Assembly (NCBI GenBank): GCA_963835575.1
Contig: CAWIGG010000004.1
Span: 448,001 to 512,000, forward strand
DNA from: an uncultured Spirochaetota bacterium
Lineage (GTDB): Bacteria; Spirochaetota; Brevinematia; Brevinematales; JAOACQ01
Reading direction: 5' to 3'
Length of the DNA: 64,000 nucleotides
Shown here: positions 21,191 to 31,817 of the stretch, in pieces
How positions within the stretch are numbered: position 1 is the stretch's first letter
Layout: each line of letters begins with the position of its first letter
Position numbers and translations under genes: made by a program
Notes under the pieces: generated by a model
What the model was told of the DNA's origin: nothing
What the model saw: the letters and a program-made list of their open reading frames with translations, nothing else
The model's database searches: none

Positions 21191-22243
21191 ATGATCAGCA
21201 TTGAAGATATTAATTATATCCTTCCCGAAGAACTGATCGCCATTCATCCGGCACATGAAAGGGATGAATCAAGGCTATTGGTTGTGTTAAAAAAGGAAGA
21301 AAGCATCAGAGATACCGCATTCCCGGATGTAGCCGGTCTGATCAACAGCGGCGACTGCCTTGTTTTTAATAATACAAAAGTTTTCAAAGCCCGCCTTATT
21401 GGAAAATCAGAACAGGATAAAAATATTGAACTCCTCCTTGTCAGCCGTATTGATCAATACAGCTGGAAAGCGATGGTCAAAAACTCAAAAAAAATCCCCG
21501 CCGGCACAAAAGTTGTTTTTCATACGGTTGAGGCGGAAATACTGGATAAAATTGATGAAATGAGGATTGTGCGTTTTATGAAAATTTTATCCTATGAAGA
21601 AATTAACCGGATCGGAGAAGTGCCTCTTCCGCCTTATATCATAAAAAAAAGAAGAAAAGAACAGGAACCGCTTTACCAGGACGAGGATGAGGAAAGGTAC
21701 CAGAGCGTTCTGGCCGAATATTTCGGCTCTGTGGCCGCGCCGACGGCGTCGCTTCATTTTACTGAAAAAGTCTTGAAAAAGCTCAAACAAAAGAATGTAA
21801 AGTCTGCCTTTATTACGCTCCATGTCGGACCGGGCACTTTTAAGCCGATAGACACGGATAAAATAGAGGATTATCAGATCCATGAGGAATGGATCGAGGT
21901 CCCGGAAAATACGGTCGGGCTTCTCCGGGAAACAAAGAAGGCCGGCGGCAGGGTGATAGCCGTCGGGACTACGGTTGTGCGCGCGCTGGAAACAATGGCC
22001 CGGCCGTCAAAAAGTATTGATGAATGGCAGGCGTATGAAGGCGGCACCCGGCTTTTTATCAGGGGAGAATTTGAATTTAAAGTTATTGACGCTTTGATAA
22101 CAAATTTCCATATGCCGAAATCCTCTCTTTTGCTTCTGGTTTACGCGTTCGGAGGGAAGGATCTGATCCAGAAAGCCTACCGGTTAGCTGTTCAAAAGAA
22201 ATACCGTTTTTTAAGCTATGGCGACGCGATGTTTATATATTAA
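21191..22243 (+). CDS. queA: S-adenosylmethionine:tRNA ribosyltransferase-isomerase
   Basis: VPLPPYI, AAPTASLHF, TLHVGPGTF, AVGTT, TNFHMPKS, YRFLSYGDAM. Confidence 0.97.
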   Translation: MISIEDINYILPEELIAIHPAHERDESRLLVVLKKEESIRDTAFPDVAGLINSGDCLVFNNTKVFKARLIGKSEQDKNIELLLVSRIDQYSWKAMVKNSKKIPAGTKVVFHTVEAEILDKIDEMRIVRFMKILSYEEINRIGEVPLPPYIIKKRRKEQEPLYQDEDEERYQSVLAEYFGSVAAPTASLHFTEKVLKKLKQKNVKSAFITLHVGPGTFKPIDTDKIEDYQIHEEWIEVPENTVGLLRETKKAGGRVIAVGTTVVRALETMARPSKSIDEWQAYEGGTRLFIRGEFEFKVIDALITNFHMPKSSLLLLVYAFGGKDLIQKAYRLAVQKKYRFLSYGDAMFIY

Positions 22244-22415
22244 AGTAAAATAATTTTTAAATATTATTTTAGTGTATTATATTATATTAAAAAGGATTTT
22301 TCATCTGTAGGATTAGCCACGGTGCACAGAGGACTGGGTTGGTATTGGTGTGTCTGGATGATTAGTGGTTCTTTATAATTTTGAATACAGGCATTAATAA
22401 TAGAAGATAGCGATT

Positions 22416-22548
22416 TAAAAACACGAAGACATGAAGAAATCGAAGAAGCAAGAAGAAATAAGAGGTAATAACAATAAAACCCAAAGTTAGTGATTCTTAG
22501 TGTTCCCCTCGACAGGCTCGGGACATCGCTTGGTGTTCTTGGTGTTTA
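22416..22548. repeat. CACGAAG/CACCAAG-type periodic inverted repeat with a nested REP-like insert
   Basis: Left arm AAACACGAAGACATGAAGAAATCGAAG; right arm TTAGTGATTCTTAGTGTTC[CCCTCGACAGGCTCGGGACATCG]CTTGGTGTTCTTGGTGTTTA. Confidence 0.6.
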
Positions 22549-22736
22549 GATAATAGCTGCAGTAAGCCCAAAAGGGATGTTTTTTTAAGAAACGATTATG
22601 ATTAATCTTTTATTGATTAAAATTATTTTTGTAGTATAATAAAGCTGCTGTTAAACCTGGAAAAAAAGCATATTCGGCGGTGAAGCTTTTCAGAAATAGG
22701 ATATTTAATTCAATTCTGAAAAGGGGAGGTTGACAT

Positions 22737-23825
22737 ATGGCGAAAAGCATCAAGAAAACTGTAAAAAAACCTAAGGTGTCCGGCGCTGATAATATTGAAG
22801 CATTAAAAAGAAAAATTACCCGGCTTACTAAAGAGCTGGATACGGCAAATAAAATCATTGAAATGTATGAAAAAGTATCAATGCTTTCAGATACCGAAAA
22901 GATCGACCGCGATAAGCTCCTGAAGGCCCATGAGATTACCGGAGAAATGGCAAGGAAAGAGCTGATCCAGAGAGACCAGATAAATAAGGCGTATGAAAGC
23001 ACGTTAAGTCTCGCATCCAGCGAATTAAAGCAGGAAAAGAAAAAAGCCGCAGTTCATAAAAAATCCCATCATTCATTAAAAGGAACAAAAAAGACAGATC
23101 TGTCCGTGCGGGAGCTCCTTTCGCTTCTTGAGGCTTATGAAAAGATAGAAGAACTGCACCGTCTGGAAAGAATAGGCGATGACAAAATACTCAAAGCCTA
23201 TGAAATACTGGAAGAATATACCCGTGAAAAAATGCTGGACCTCCTTCAGATCATTCAAGCATATGAGAAAGTCCAGGATTATAACAGGCATGAAAGAATT
23301 CAGGACAATAAGATCATCCAGGCCTATCAAAGAGTGGAGGAGATGTCAAGGGAGGAACTCCTTAATCTTGACAGGGTCAATAAAGCCCATGAAGTTGTTG
23401 AGGAGCTGGCCAGGAAGGAGCTTATTGAAAGGGATGAGATCAACCATGCCCATGAGATTGTGGAAGATTTTGTCCGGCAGGAATTGATAGAAAAAGACAG
23501 GATAAACCAGGCGCATGAAATGCTTCATGAATTGACCCGCCAGGAGCTAATGGATAAGGATAAAATAATCAGCGCCTATGAGATTGTCGAAGAATTGAAC
23601 AGAAAAGCGCTGATAGAAGGCGATAAGATCAACAGCGCTTATGAAGTGGTCGAAGAAATGATGCGCGACGAATTGAAGGAAAAAGACCTTGTCAATAAAG
23701 CCCATGAGATCGTGGAAGAGCTCATGAGAAAAGAACTGATTGAAAAAGATAAAATCAACGCGGCCCATGAGGCCGTTGAAGAAATGGCCAGGGGTGAAAT
23801 GCTTAAACTCAGATCGAAAACATGA
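22737..23825 (+). CDS. 21-aa tandem-repeat coiled-coil protein, function unknown
   Basis: About 14 repeats of consensus ELIEKDKINxA(H/Y)EIVEELxRx. Strong RBS GGGAGG; upstream TTGATT-16 bp-TATAAT (22613-22640). Confidence 0.85.
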   Translation: MAKSIKKTVKKPKVSGADNIEALKRKITRLTKELDTANKIIEMYEKVSMLSDTEKIDRDKLLKAHEITGEMARKELIQRDQINKAYESTLSLASSELKQEKKKAAVHKKSHHSLKGTKKTDLSVRELLSLLEAYEKIEELHRLERIGDDKILKAYEILEEYTREKMLDLLQIIQAYEKVQDYNRHERIQDNKIIQAYQRVEEMSREELLNLDRVNKAHEVVEELARKELIERDEINHAHEIVEDFVRQELIEKDRINQAHEMLHELTRQELMDKDKIISAYEIVEELNRKALIEGDKINSAYEVVEEMMRDELKEKDLVNKAHEIVEELMRKELIEKDKINAAHEAVEEMARGEMLKLRSKT

Positions 23826-24787
23826 AATTAGCGGTTTCCATCTCTTTCCTTTTCCTGCTCAATACCGGCTTCACGCAGCTCAAATTCCTTAATACCTATC
23901 CGTTTAAAATCGGCGAAGAAATGACATTATCCATCAGCGTGCTGGGCGTATATGTCGGCGATCAGATGATCGTGATAGATGACTGCACCAATTATCTCGG
24001 GCTGAAAGTCCTGAAAGGAAGCGGCCGGCTGACGACAACGCCTTTTATTTCATCCATGTACAAGGTGGACGACAGGGAAATGACCTATTTTGTACCGGAC
24101 GGATTTATCCCGTTTTACTATGAACGCTGGATCAACGAAGGCTCCTGGCATGACAATATTATTTTCAGGTTTTATCCGGGGCAGAGAACGGTTGTCATAT
24201 CCCAGAAAGCGAATAACTATGATAAAAAAGAAGTAAATTATACCGGTACGCTCAGGAATTATTTTACCCTGATTTCATGCATGAGATGTGTGGATTATGA
24301 CTACCACATTTCGAATAATATCAATGTCGAGATCGATTATCTTTTCGGGACCAACCTTAAAAAAGCCGTTTTTAAGCCTTTTTATAGTAAAATAAAATAC
24401 AAGGATAAAATGACCGATGTCATCGTGCTGGAAGAAGTCGGCGGTATAGGCATGAACTTCTATATCATAAAAAATCCCACCCGTATACCCATCCGGCTGG
24501 TTATCCCGGCTTTTGATGTCATCGGGTTCAAAACGATCAGCATCTATGTCGAAATGAAGGAATACATTGAAGGTACTAAAGATTTTACGGGCTTTTTTGC
24601 CGAAACAGGAGAAACAAATGAAGCTTCAAATACAAATACCATTACAAACACAGTAAATTTTTCGACAAATGCCTCTGTCAATCCCGTTACTAATTCAATA
24701 ACCAATTCAGCGCCTTCTCCCGGCACAAATTCTTTAACCAATATCCTGACGAACTCTGTCATGACAAATCAGAAGCGGGAAAAATAA
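23822..24787 (+). CDS. Exported DUF3108-like protein with Thr-Asn-rich tail
   Basis: Signal peptide, PFKIGEEMTL, FISSMYKVDD, RIPIRL. Low-complexity TN tail. ATGA overlap with the upstream gene. Confidence 0.65.
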   Translation: MKLAVSISFLFLLNTGFTQLKFLNTYPFKIGEEMTLSISVLGVYVGDQMIVIDDCTNYLGLKVLKGSGRLTTTPFISSMYKVDDREMTYFVPDGFIPFYYERWINEGSWHDNIIFRFYPGQRTVVISQKANNYDKKEVNYTGTLRNYFTLISCMRCVDYDYHISNNINVEIDYLFGTNLKKAVFKPFYSKIKYKDKMTDVIVLEEVGGIGMNFYIIKNPTRIPIRLVIPAFDVIGFKTISIYVEMKEYIEGTKDFTGFFAETGETNEASNTNTITNTVNFSTNASVNPVTNSITNSAPSPGTNSLTNILTNSVMTNQKREK

Positions 24788-24797
24788 ACAGCGGTGA

Positions 24798-27071
24798 TCA
24801 TTCATTTTTATTTTTAACACTATCTCCAGCGATAAGATTCAGAGCGCTTCCGGCTTTAAACCACTCTATCTGCATATTGTTATAGGTATGATTCAATTGG
24901 ATCTGTTCCTCGCCGCCGTTTTTATGGTGAATGACCATTACCAGGGGTTTTCCAGGCGAAAACTGTTCAAGGCCTGATAAATCGATAGTATCATCTTCCC
25001 TTATCTTTTCATAGTCAGACGGATCGGCGAAAGTAAGGGCCAGGACCCCCTGTTTTTTAAGATTGGTTTCATGGATCCTCGCGAAGCTTCTCATAACAAC
25101 TGCCCTGCCGCCCAGGTAGCGTACTTCCATGGCCGCGTGCTCCCTGCTTGAGCCTTCGCCGTAGTTCTCATCGCCGGCGACAATCCAATCAATCGACTTT
25201 TGTTTATATTCCCGGGCCGTCTGAGGGACCGGCTGGATCACACCCGTAAAATAATTTTTCGTTTTTCCCGTTTCCCCGGTGAAGGCGTTAACCGCGCCCA
25301 ATAAGAGGTTATTGGAAATTTTATCCAGATGGCCGCGGTATTTCAGCCATTCGCCGGCCATTGAGATGTGGTCGGTTGTGCATTTACCCTTTATTTTTAT
25401 CAAAACAGGGGCGTTCATAATATCAGAGCCGTTCCATGGCTTGAATCTTTCCAGCAGCTGCAGCCTTTCGCTATAAGGGGAAATGATGACCTGCACATCC
25501 TTCCCTTCATTTTTCGAAATAATTCCCATTTCCGGATTGTCATAAAACTTTTCCGGTATTTCCCTGCCGGCCGGCGGGGTGAGCTTTATTTTCTGTCCTT
25601 TATTATTCGTTAAAACATCGGTTTCGGGATTAAATGATAAAATTCCGCTTAAGGCGAGGGCCATAACGGTTTCAGGACTGCCGACAAAAGCGAATGTATT
25701 GGGGTTTCCGTCCGCTCTTTTCGCGAAGTTCCTGTTGAATGATGTTATTATTGTGTTTTCTTCCCCCATTGCCACATCTGTTCTCTTCCACATCCCGATG
25801 CATGGGCCGCATGCGTTTGTCAGAATAACCGCGCCCAGTTTTTTAAAGATTTCCAGCTGTCCGTCTTTCTCTATTGTTGACCTGACTTTTTCAGAGCCGG
25901 GGCTTAAATAAAGCTGAGCCATCGGTTTTATTCCATTTGCGAGTGCCTGTTTCGCGATGCCGGCAGCCCTGTCGATATCTTCATAGCTTGAATTGGTGCA
26001 GCTTCCGATAAGGCATGCGCTGATTTTATCCGGATATCCTTTTTTCCTCACAGCGTCTTTCATGTGGGAGACTGGAGTGGCGAGGTCCGGCGTGAAAGGA
26101 CCGTTCAGGTAAGGTTCCAGATCGCTGAGATTGATATGAATGACCTGTTCAAAATATTTTTCAGGGCTTTCATAAACTTCAGGATCAGCGCACAGGTCCG
26201 CCCGGATAGAATCGGCTTCTTTTGAAACGTCGCTTCTGTCTGTCGCCGAGAGATAGGCCGAGATTTTTTCATCATACGGGAATAATGAGGATGTCGCGCC
26301 GAGTTCGGCGCCCATGTTGCAGATGGTAGCCTTGCCGGTTGCCGATAGGGATTTTGTCCCCTTGCCGAAGTATTCAATAATGGAGCCTGTCCCGCCTTTG
26401 ACGGTCAGGATGCCAAGGATCTTTAATATGATGTCTTTGGGAGAAGCCCAGCCTGAAAGCGAGCCTGTTAATTTGACGCCTATCAATTTTGGCCATTTAA
26501 GTTCCCAGGTCATACCGGCCATCACGTCAACGGCATCAGCCCCTCCAACGCCGACGCCGAGCATCCCGAGGCCTCCCGCGTTCGGAGTATGGGAATCCGT
26601 GCCGATCATAAGGCCGCCGGGGAATGCGTAATTCTCAAGTATGATCTGATGGATGATCCCCGCCCCCGGTTTCCAGCAGTCTATTCCGTATTTTAATGAG
26701 ACGCTTGATAAAAAATCGTAGACTTCCTTATTTTCTTTCAGAGCTCTGGCAAGGTCTTTTTCCGAGCCGCACTCCGCTTCCACAAGATGGTCGCAGTGGA
26801 CCGTCGCGGGGACAGCGGTTATTTTTCTGCCGGCGTGCATGAACTGCAGAAGCGCCATCTGGGCGGTCGCGTCCTGCATCGCGACCCTGTCGGGAAATAA
26901 ATCCGCGTAATCCTTGCCTCTGACCATCGGTTTTTCAATCTTTTTACCAAGGTGGGCATACAGTATCTTTTCAGCATAAGTCAGGGGCCTGCCGGCCGTT
27001 TTCCTGGCCCGATCAACCTTATTAACAAATTCAGAATAGAATTTTAAAATCATTTCGATATTTTTTGTCAT
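24798..27071 (-). CDS. acn: Aconitate hydratase (mitochondrial-like type)
   Basis: [58 protein letters not shown]. Confidence 0.95.
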   Translation of the reverse strand: MTKNIEMILKFYSEFVNKVDRARKTAGRPLTYAEKILYAHLGKKIEKPMVRGKDYADLFPDRVAMQDATAQMALLQFMHAGRKITAVPATVHCDHLVEAECGSEKDLARALKENKEVYDFLSSVSLKYGIDCWKPGAGIIHQIILENYAFPGGLMIGTDSHTPNAGGLGMLGVGVGGADAVDVMAGMTWELKWPKLIGVKLTGSLSGWASPKDIILKILGILTVKGGTGSIIEYFGKGTKSLSATGKATICNMGAELGATSSLFPYDEKISAYLSATDRSDVSKEADSIRADLCADPEVYESPEKYFEQVIHINLSDLEPYLNGPFTPDLATPVSHMKDAVRKKGYPDKISACLIGSCTNSSYEDIDRAAGIAKQALANGIKPMAQLYLSPGSEKVRSTIEKDGQLEIFKKLGAVILTNACGPCIGMWKRTDVAMGEENTIITSFNRNFAKRADGNPNTFAFVGSPETVMALALSGILSFNPETDVLTNNKGQKIKLTPPAGREIPEKFYDNPEMGIISKNEGKDVQVIISPYSERLQLLERFKPWNGSDIMNAPVLIKIKGKCTTDHISMAGEWLKYRGHLDKISNNLLLGAVNAFTGETGKTKNYFTGVIQPVPQTAREYKQKSIDWIVAGDENYGEGSSREHAAMEVRYLGGRAVVMRSFARIHETNLKKQGVLALTFADPSDYEKIREDDTIDLSGLEQFSPGKPLVMVIHHKNGGEEQIQLNHTYNNMQIEWFKAGSALNLIAGDSVKNKNE

Positions 27072-27148
27072 TTTATATTCTCCCAATCTCAATGATATAA
27101 AAAATAAAAGATATATTTGTGTTAATGTTCAAGAAAGAAGAATTTATT

Positions 27149-28624
27149 TTACCTTGTTTTAAGCGTCGGGAACAAAATCGTGTCGCGGATTGAATTCGTG
27201 TCATTCAAAAGCATCACCAGCCTGTCGATACCGATCCCCATGCCGCCAGTCGGAGGCATGCCGAATTCCAGGGCGTTGATATAATCCTCATCCACATACA
27301 TGGCCTCATCATCGCCTTTCGCCTTTTTCTGCGCCTGGGCGAAAAAGCGGTCCGCCTGTACAACGGGATCATTCAATTCCGAGAAGGCGTTACCGAGTTC
27401 CCTGCCGACAACAAAGGGTTCAAACCGCTCGACAAAGTCAGGGTCGTCTTCCTTGTATTTTGAAAGCGGGGAGATTTCCGCCGGGTATTCATATATAATG
27501 GTCGGTTCAACGAGGTTCGGTTCGACATATTCCTCGAAAAGAATATTGAGAATTCCCCATTTTTCCTCGTAATCATGGATGTCGTCAAAACCCCTCGAGC
27601 GTGCCAGTTCCAGGGCGTCTTTCTGGTCGCGGATTTCTTTCAGCGGGATATTGGCGATATCCTTTAAGGCGTCAAAATATTTAATTTTTTTCCAGCTGGA
27701 GAAATCCATCTTCTGGCCCTGGTAATCGAAAACAGGGCTTCCTTTTATTTCAACGGCGAGATTCTTCATCAATTCCTCAAAGAGGTCCTGCATATCGCGG
27801 TAATCCGCGTAAGCCTGGTAAAGCTCGAGCATGGTAAACTCCGGGTTATGCCGGGTATCGATCCCTTCGTTGCGGAAATTCCGGTTCAGCTCAAAAACCT
27901 TCTCAAATCCGCCGACAATGAGCCTTTTGAGATACAATTCGGGGGCTATCCTCAGGAAAAGGTCCATATCCAGCGCGTTATGGTGCGTGATGAAAGGCCT
28001 TGCAGCCGCTCCGCCGGGGATGGTCTGCATCATGGGCGTTTCCACTTCCATAAAGCCTTTAACGCTCAGGAAACTGCGGATGTATGAGATGATTTTTGAC
28101 CTTGAAATAAAATCTGTTTTTACTTTGTCATTTACGATCAGGTCCAGATACCGCTGGCGGTACCTGAGCTCTACATCGGTCAGGCCGTGCCATTTTTCGG
28201 GGAGCGTATTGAGAGCTTTTGCCAGAACGGTGAACTTCTCGACAAGCACTGTAATTTCGCCCTTGTGGGTTTTAAAAACGTTTCCTTCCACACCGGCAAT
28301 ATCTCCGACATCCAGTAGCTTAAAGATGGAATATTTTTCCTCGCCGAGGATGTCCTGCCGGGCGTAGATCTGGATCTGCCCTTTATCATCCTTCAATGTG
28401 GCGAACTGCGCCTTGCCGAAATCCCGGATCAGCATAAGCCTTCCGGCCGCGCCCGATTTAAATTCCTTTTCGCCGTTTTCAGCGAATTTCTTTTTGATAT
28501 CGGCGGAATAATCAACAGGGCGGTATAAATTCGGGTAGGGATTGATCCCTGCTTTTTTTAACGCCTCAAGCTTTTTCAGACGGCTTTCTCTTTCGTCGGT
28601 GATATTTGTGTTCGGTGATTCCAT
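27149..28624 (-). CDS. lysS: Lysyl-tRNA synthetase (class II)
   Basis: LRYRQRYLDL, LRIAPELYLK, FRNEG, HNPEFTMLE, GIGIDRL. ATG at 28624 after AGGAG. Confidence 0.97.
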   Translation of the reverse strand: MESPNTNITDERESRLKKLEALKKAGINPYPNLYRPVDYSADIKKKFAENGEKEFKSGAAGRLMLIRDFGKAQFATLKDDKGQIQIYARQDILGEEKYSIFKLLDVGDIAGVEGNVFKTHKGEITVLVEKFTVLAKALNTLPEKWHGLTDVELRYRQRYLDLIVNDKVKTDFISRSKIISYIRSFLSVKGFMEVETPMMQTIPGGAAARPFITHHNALDMDLFLRIAPELYLKRLIVGGFEKVFELNRNFRNEGIDTRHNPEFTMLELYQAYADYRDMQDLFEELMKNLAVEIKGSPVFDYQGQKMDFSSWKKIKYFDALKDIANIPLKEIRDQKDALELARSRGFDDIHDYEEKWGILNILFEEYVEPNLVEPTIIYEYPAEISPLSKYKEDDPDFVERFEPFVVGRELGNAFSELNDPVVQADRFFAQAQKKAKGDDEAMYVDEDYINALEFGMPPTGGMGIGIDRLVMLLNDTNSIRDTILFPTLKTR

Positions 28625-28699
28625 AGGTACTCCTTGGAATAAAATCGCCATTAGTATAATGAAAGTGAGGAGAATAATCAAGGCAAAGGCGGGAGAGGC

Positions 28700-30958
28700 T
28701 TATCCCGCTTTCCGGGATATTTTCAGCATGGCTATCTTCAGGTTGGCCATATCATAGACAGACTGATAGCGGTAATAGCTGGAAAGGACTTTTTTGACAT
28801 ATTCCCGGGTTTCCTGATAGGGAACGATCTCAAGAAGTTCCAGTTCATTCAGTGGATAAAATTTTTGTTTTGTTAAGTTAATGATCCTGATTCCGCCGTT
28901 ATAGGAAGCGACGGCGGTCAGAAATCCATAAGCTTTTATCTCCTGATTGAGAAAGGTTGTTCCGAGAATGATATTAAAAAGGGGATTATAGAGATTTGAA
29001 TTCTTTTTATTCAAAACGACCGGAGAGGTCAGCCTGGCAGTTGTGGGCATTAACTGCATCAGCCCGCGCGCGCCTACACGGGACCGGGCGTTGGGGATAT
29101 AGATGCTTTCACTTCTGATGATCGCGTATATCAGCTGCTTGTCAAGCTGGGAATCCTTTAACTGGCTGAGGGCCACATTGATCTCGCTGTCATAAGGCGT
29201 GGGATAGAGGAGCATCTGAATGTCCCTGGAAAAGAAAGCGAAATTTTCCTGTATGAAATCATTGTCCATCAGGTTGACATAATACGGCCGTGCCGCTTGA
29301 AAATCCTTGTTTTTAACCAGCTCGTTAAGGACCAGTATGTTCTGGAGAAGGGGATCTGAAATATCCGCGGAGGAAAGCATCGTTTTAGCCTTTTCAATCA
29401 GGCCGTTGCGCGTATAAACGACAAATTTGATGTAATTATCGCTATTTTTCAGCTTGCTGAGAATATTGTTGTCAAAGTCAAAGAGGGGGCTGTCGCTCAC
29501 TTTTTTCATGAGGAGTGTGACCTGCTCCTTGAATTTGTTCTTTTCATACCCGTCTTTCAGGGCATAGAGAAGCCTTCCGTAATAGAGCCTGGCGGAAAGA
29601 TCGGGGCTTGAATTATAAGCTTTATCAACCTGGGCCAGGTAGTCATTGTATTTTACGCCTTTACTGTCCATTATATTCTGAATGAAAGACTTGGCCTGAA
29701 GGGAAAGATAGCCGTCCGGAAGGTAGGACAGCGATTTTTCAAACCAGAAGAGCGCGTTTTCATAATCATTGAGCTGATATGAGGCGTAGGCGTTCCAGAA
29801 CGCGGCGTCATCGCTCAGCTGGCCTATCTTCGGATTGAGCTTTAAGGCGTCAAAGCTCATACCGATAACGTTCGTTATTTCTTCATATTGCTTAAAAGCC
29901 AGTAAATTCCTTGTGACGATCCGCAGGTTCTTTTTAATGTATTCAATGTCCACATCGCCCTTAATGTAATTTTTATAATAAGCCAGGGCTTTCGTATAAT
30001 TATAGCGGGCTTTCCTGTTCAATGGCCGGAGCAGTTTATAATAATATGAGCCGCGGACTATCCCGGAATGGCTTCGGATGGTCATTTTTGACAGGGAATA
30101 GAGGTCTGTCATTTCCTCGGATATCGCTGTATAATCTTCTTTTCCTTTAAGTTTATTGATATAATCCCTGACAAAAGGCTTATGGCAATTATAGACCAGA
30201 TCGAGGGAAAGTTCCTCGACAACAGAGCCGGCCGGTTGGAATTCCTGTATATAGTATTGCGTAAACTGGGCGTAATCCTCATACATGCCCAGGCGGGACA
30301 AATTTTTCAATACGGCCGTCTTTTCATCCCGGGTATAAAAGCGCCAGTTATGCGTAATGATTTTATGGTAAAGGGGATGGTCTTCATCATCCAGGTTTTC
30401 AATATGAACAGCGTATTGCCCGCTTTTCCGGAGATTATTAACATAATAATAGAGCCTGAGAAGCCGGATATCCGCTTCGTTTTTTCTATAGAACGGGTTG
30501 ATTTCCTTATTGCTTTCAATGATTTTTATCGCTTTTTTATAAGCGTTATTTCTGGAATAAAGATCGGCCAGGTACAAGGCCGCGTCCATTTTTGTCAGAT
30601 TATCGCCGGAATTTTTTAATACAGATTCCAGGACTTCCCTGGCCCGGGCTGTCCTGCCGTATTTTTCATTGAATTTCGCCCTGAGGAGCCGCGCGTCATC
30701 CCTCAATATAAAATCTTCTTTTTCAAGCTTATTTAACAGGGCCTGAATATACTCATAATCTCTCTTTTTCGGATGATTATTTTTTAAAGCCGCGGATACC
30801 TGACGGAATTTATCCAATTCCTCATATTGACGCTCGATGGTGCTCTCCAGGAAGAATTCCCTGGCGGGTTCGAGCGAAAAGAGCATAGCCGACGTGATGA
30901 CCGCTATGCTGATAGCTATTTCCAAACGGATTGTACGGACCTGCCTGCCGAAACTCAC
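28700..30958 (-). CDS. Soluble lytic transglycosylase (helical N-terminal region plus SLT domain)
   Basis: AIIRSES, GARGLMQLMP, ASYNGG, ETREYVKKV. Confidence 0.85.
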   Translation of the reverse strand: MSFGRQVRTIRLEIAISIAVITSAMLFSLEPAREFFLESTIERQYEELDKFRQVSAALKNNHPKKRDYEYIQALLNKLEKEDFILRDDARLLRAKFNEKYGRTARAREVLESVLKNSGDNLTKMDAALYLADLYSRNNAYKKAIKIIESNKEINPFYRKNEADIRLLRLYYYVNNLRKSGQYAVHIENLDDEDHPLYHKIITHNWRFYTRDEKTAVLKNLSRLGMYEDYAQFTQYYIQEFQPAGSVVEELSLDLVYNCHKPFVRDYINKLKGKEDYTAISEEMTDLYSLSKMTIRSHSGIVRGSYYYKLLRPLNRKARYNYTKALAYYKNYIKGDVDIEYIKKNLRIVTRNLLAFKQYEEITNVIGMSFDALKLNPKIGQLSDDAAFWNAYASYQLNDYENALFWFEKSLSYLPDGYLSLQAKSFIQNIMDSKGVKYNDYLAQVDKAYNSSPDLSARLYYGRLLYALKDGYEKNKFKEQVTLLMKKVSDSPLFDFDNNILSKLKNSDNYIKFVVYTRNGLIEKAKTMLSSADISDPLLQNILVLNELVKNKDFQAARPYYVNLMDNDFIQENFAFFSRDIQMLLYPTPYDSEINVALSQLKDSQLDKQLIYAIIRSESIYIPNARSRVGARGLMQLMPTTARLTSPVVLNKKNSNLYNPLFNIILGTTFLNQEIKAYGFLTAVASYNGGIRIINLTKQKFYPLNELELLEIVPYQETREYVKKVLSSYYRYQSVYDMANLKIAMLKISRKAG

Positions 30959-31118
30959 GAAATTCCCCTCAATTTTAACTCACTGCTCCTCTTTTTTATA
31001 AAACAATTCATTTTAAATTAAAATAACGCCGCCGTCAAACCGGCAGGGTCTGATTATCTATCTTTGTTTTATATAAATTAACCTGAAATCGTTGAAATTT
31101 CAAGTGTTTTATGCCTGT

Positions 31119-31817
31119 CTATTCATTTTTCTGCCCCTTTTCCTCCTCAGACGGTTTTTTTATGATCCTGGCAACAACATGGACCCGGTCCATTCCCTCG
31201 ACGGTTACAAGCTTCGGCAGGTTCAGGGGTACATATTCCGCGACGTCATTTGTCGCGCCGTCGATGGAAAGCGGGATTGTTTCCAGATAATTATACTGGT
31301 TTAATGTGTCCTGCGGGCCTTTGATGGTGATCATTCTCCTGTCCATCAATATATCATCGACAATATAGCCGTCTTTCGGATTACCGCTTGTGATAGGCTG
31401 AATAAATACGATTTTTGAGCTGATTTTATCGATCTTGAGCTTTGCCTTATCCTTGAGGGGATTGAAAATGACCCCGGGCTGAGGCTCGGTAATTTCAATT
31501 TCAATCATATAGCTGTTGATGCCGGGAGAGGCTTTTTCAAGATTTACATAAAAGTGGACCATCTTGGAAAAATCCAGATTTTTGATCTTTTCCTTAAGTC
31601 CTTTAACCTTCACAAGGACTGTCGTGTCGTATATTTCAACGATCATGAGGTCTTTCGGAAGGTTTTTATAGACAATCGAAGATGAAAATGTCAATTCCTC
31701 ATACGCCGGAAAATTAACAATATACCAGAGTAATGCCGCCACGGCGAGGGATATTAATTTTTTCTGCCAGTCAAATATGAAAAACGATGCTATTTTACTC
31801 CGCTTCCACCATTTCAT
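31119..31817 (-). CDS. cdaR: CdaR/YbbR-like diadenylate cyclase regulator
   Basis: KLISLAVAALLW transmembrane helix and two YbbR-like repeats, directly downstream of cdaA. Confidence 0.8.
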   Translation of the reverse strand: MKWWKRSKIASFFIFDWQKKLISLAVAALLWYIVNFPAYEELTFSSSIVYKNLPKDLMIVEIYDTTVLVKVKGLKEKIKNLDFSKMVHFYVNLEKASPGINSYMIEIEITEPQPGVIFNPLKDKAKLKIDKISSKIVFIQPITSGNPKDGYIVDDILMDRRMITIKGPQDTLNQYNYLETIPLSIDGATNDVAEYVPLNLPKLVTVEGMDRVHVVARIIKKPSEEEKGQKNE

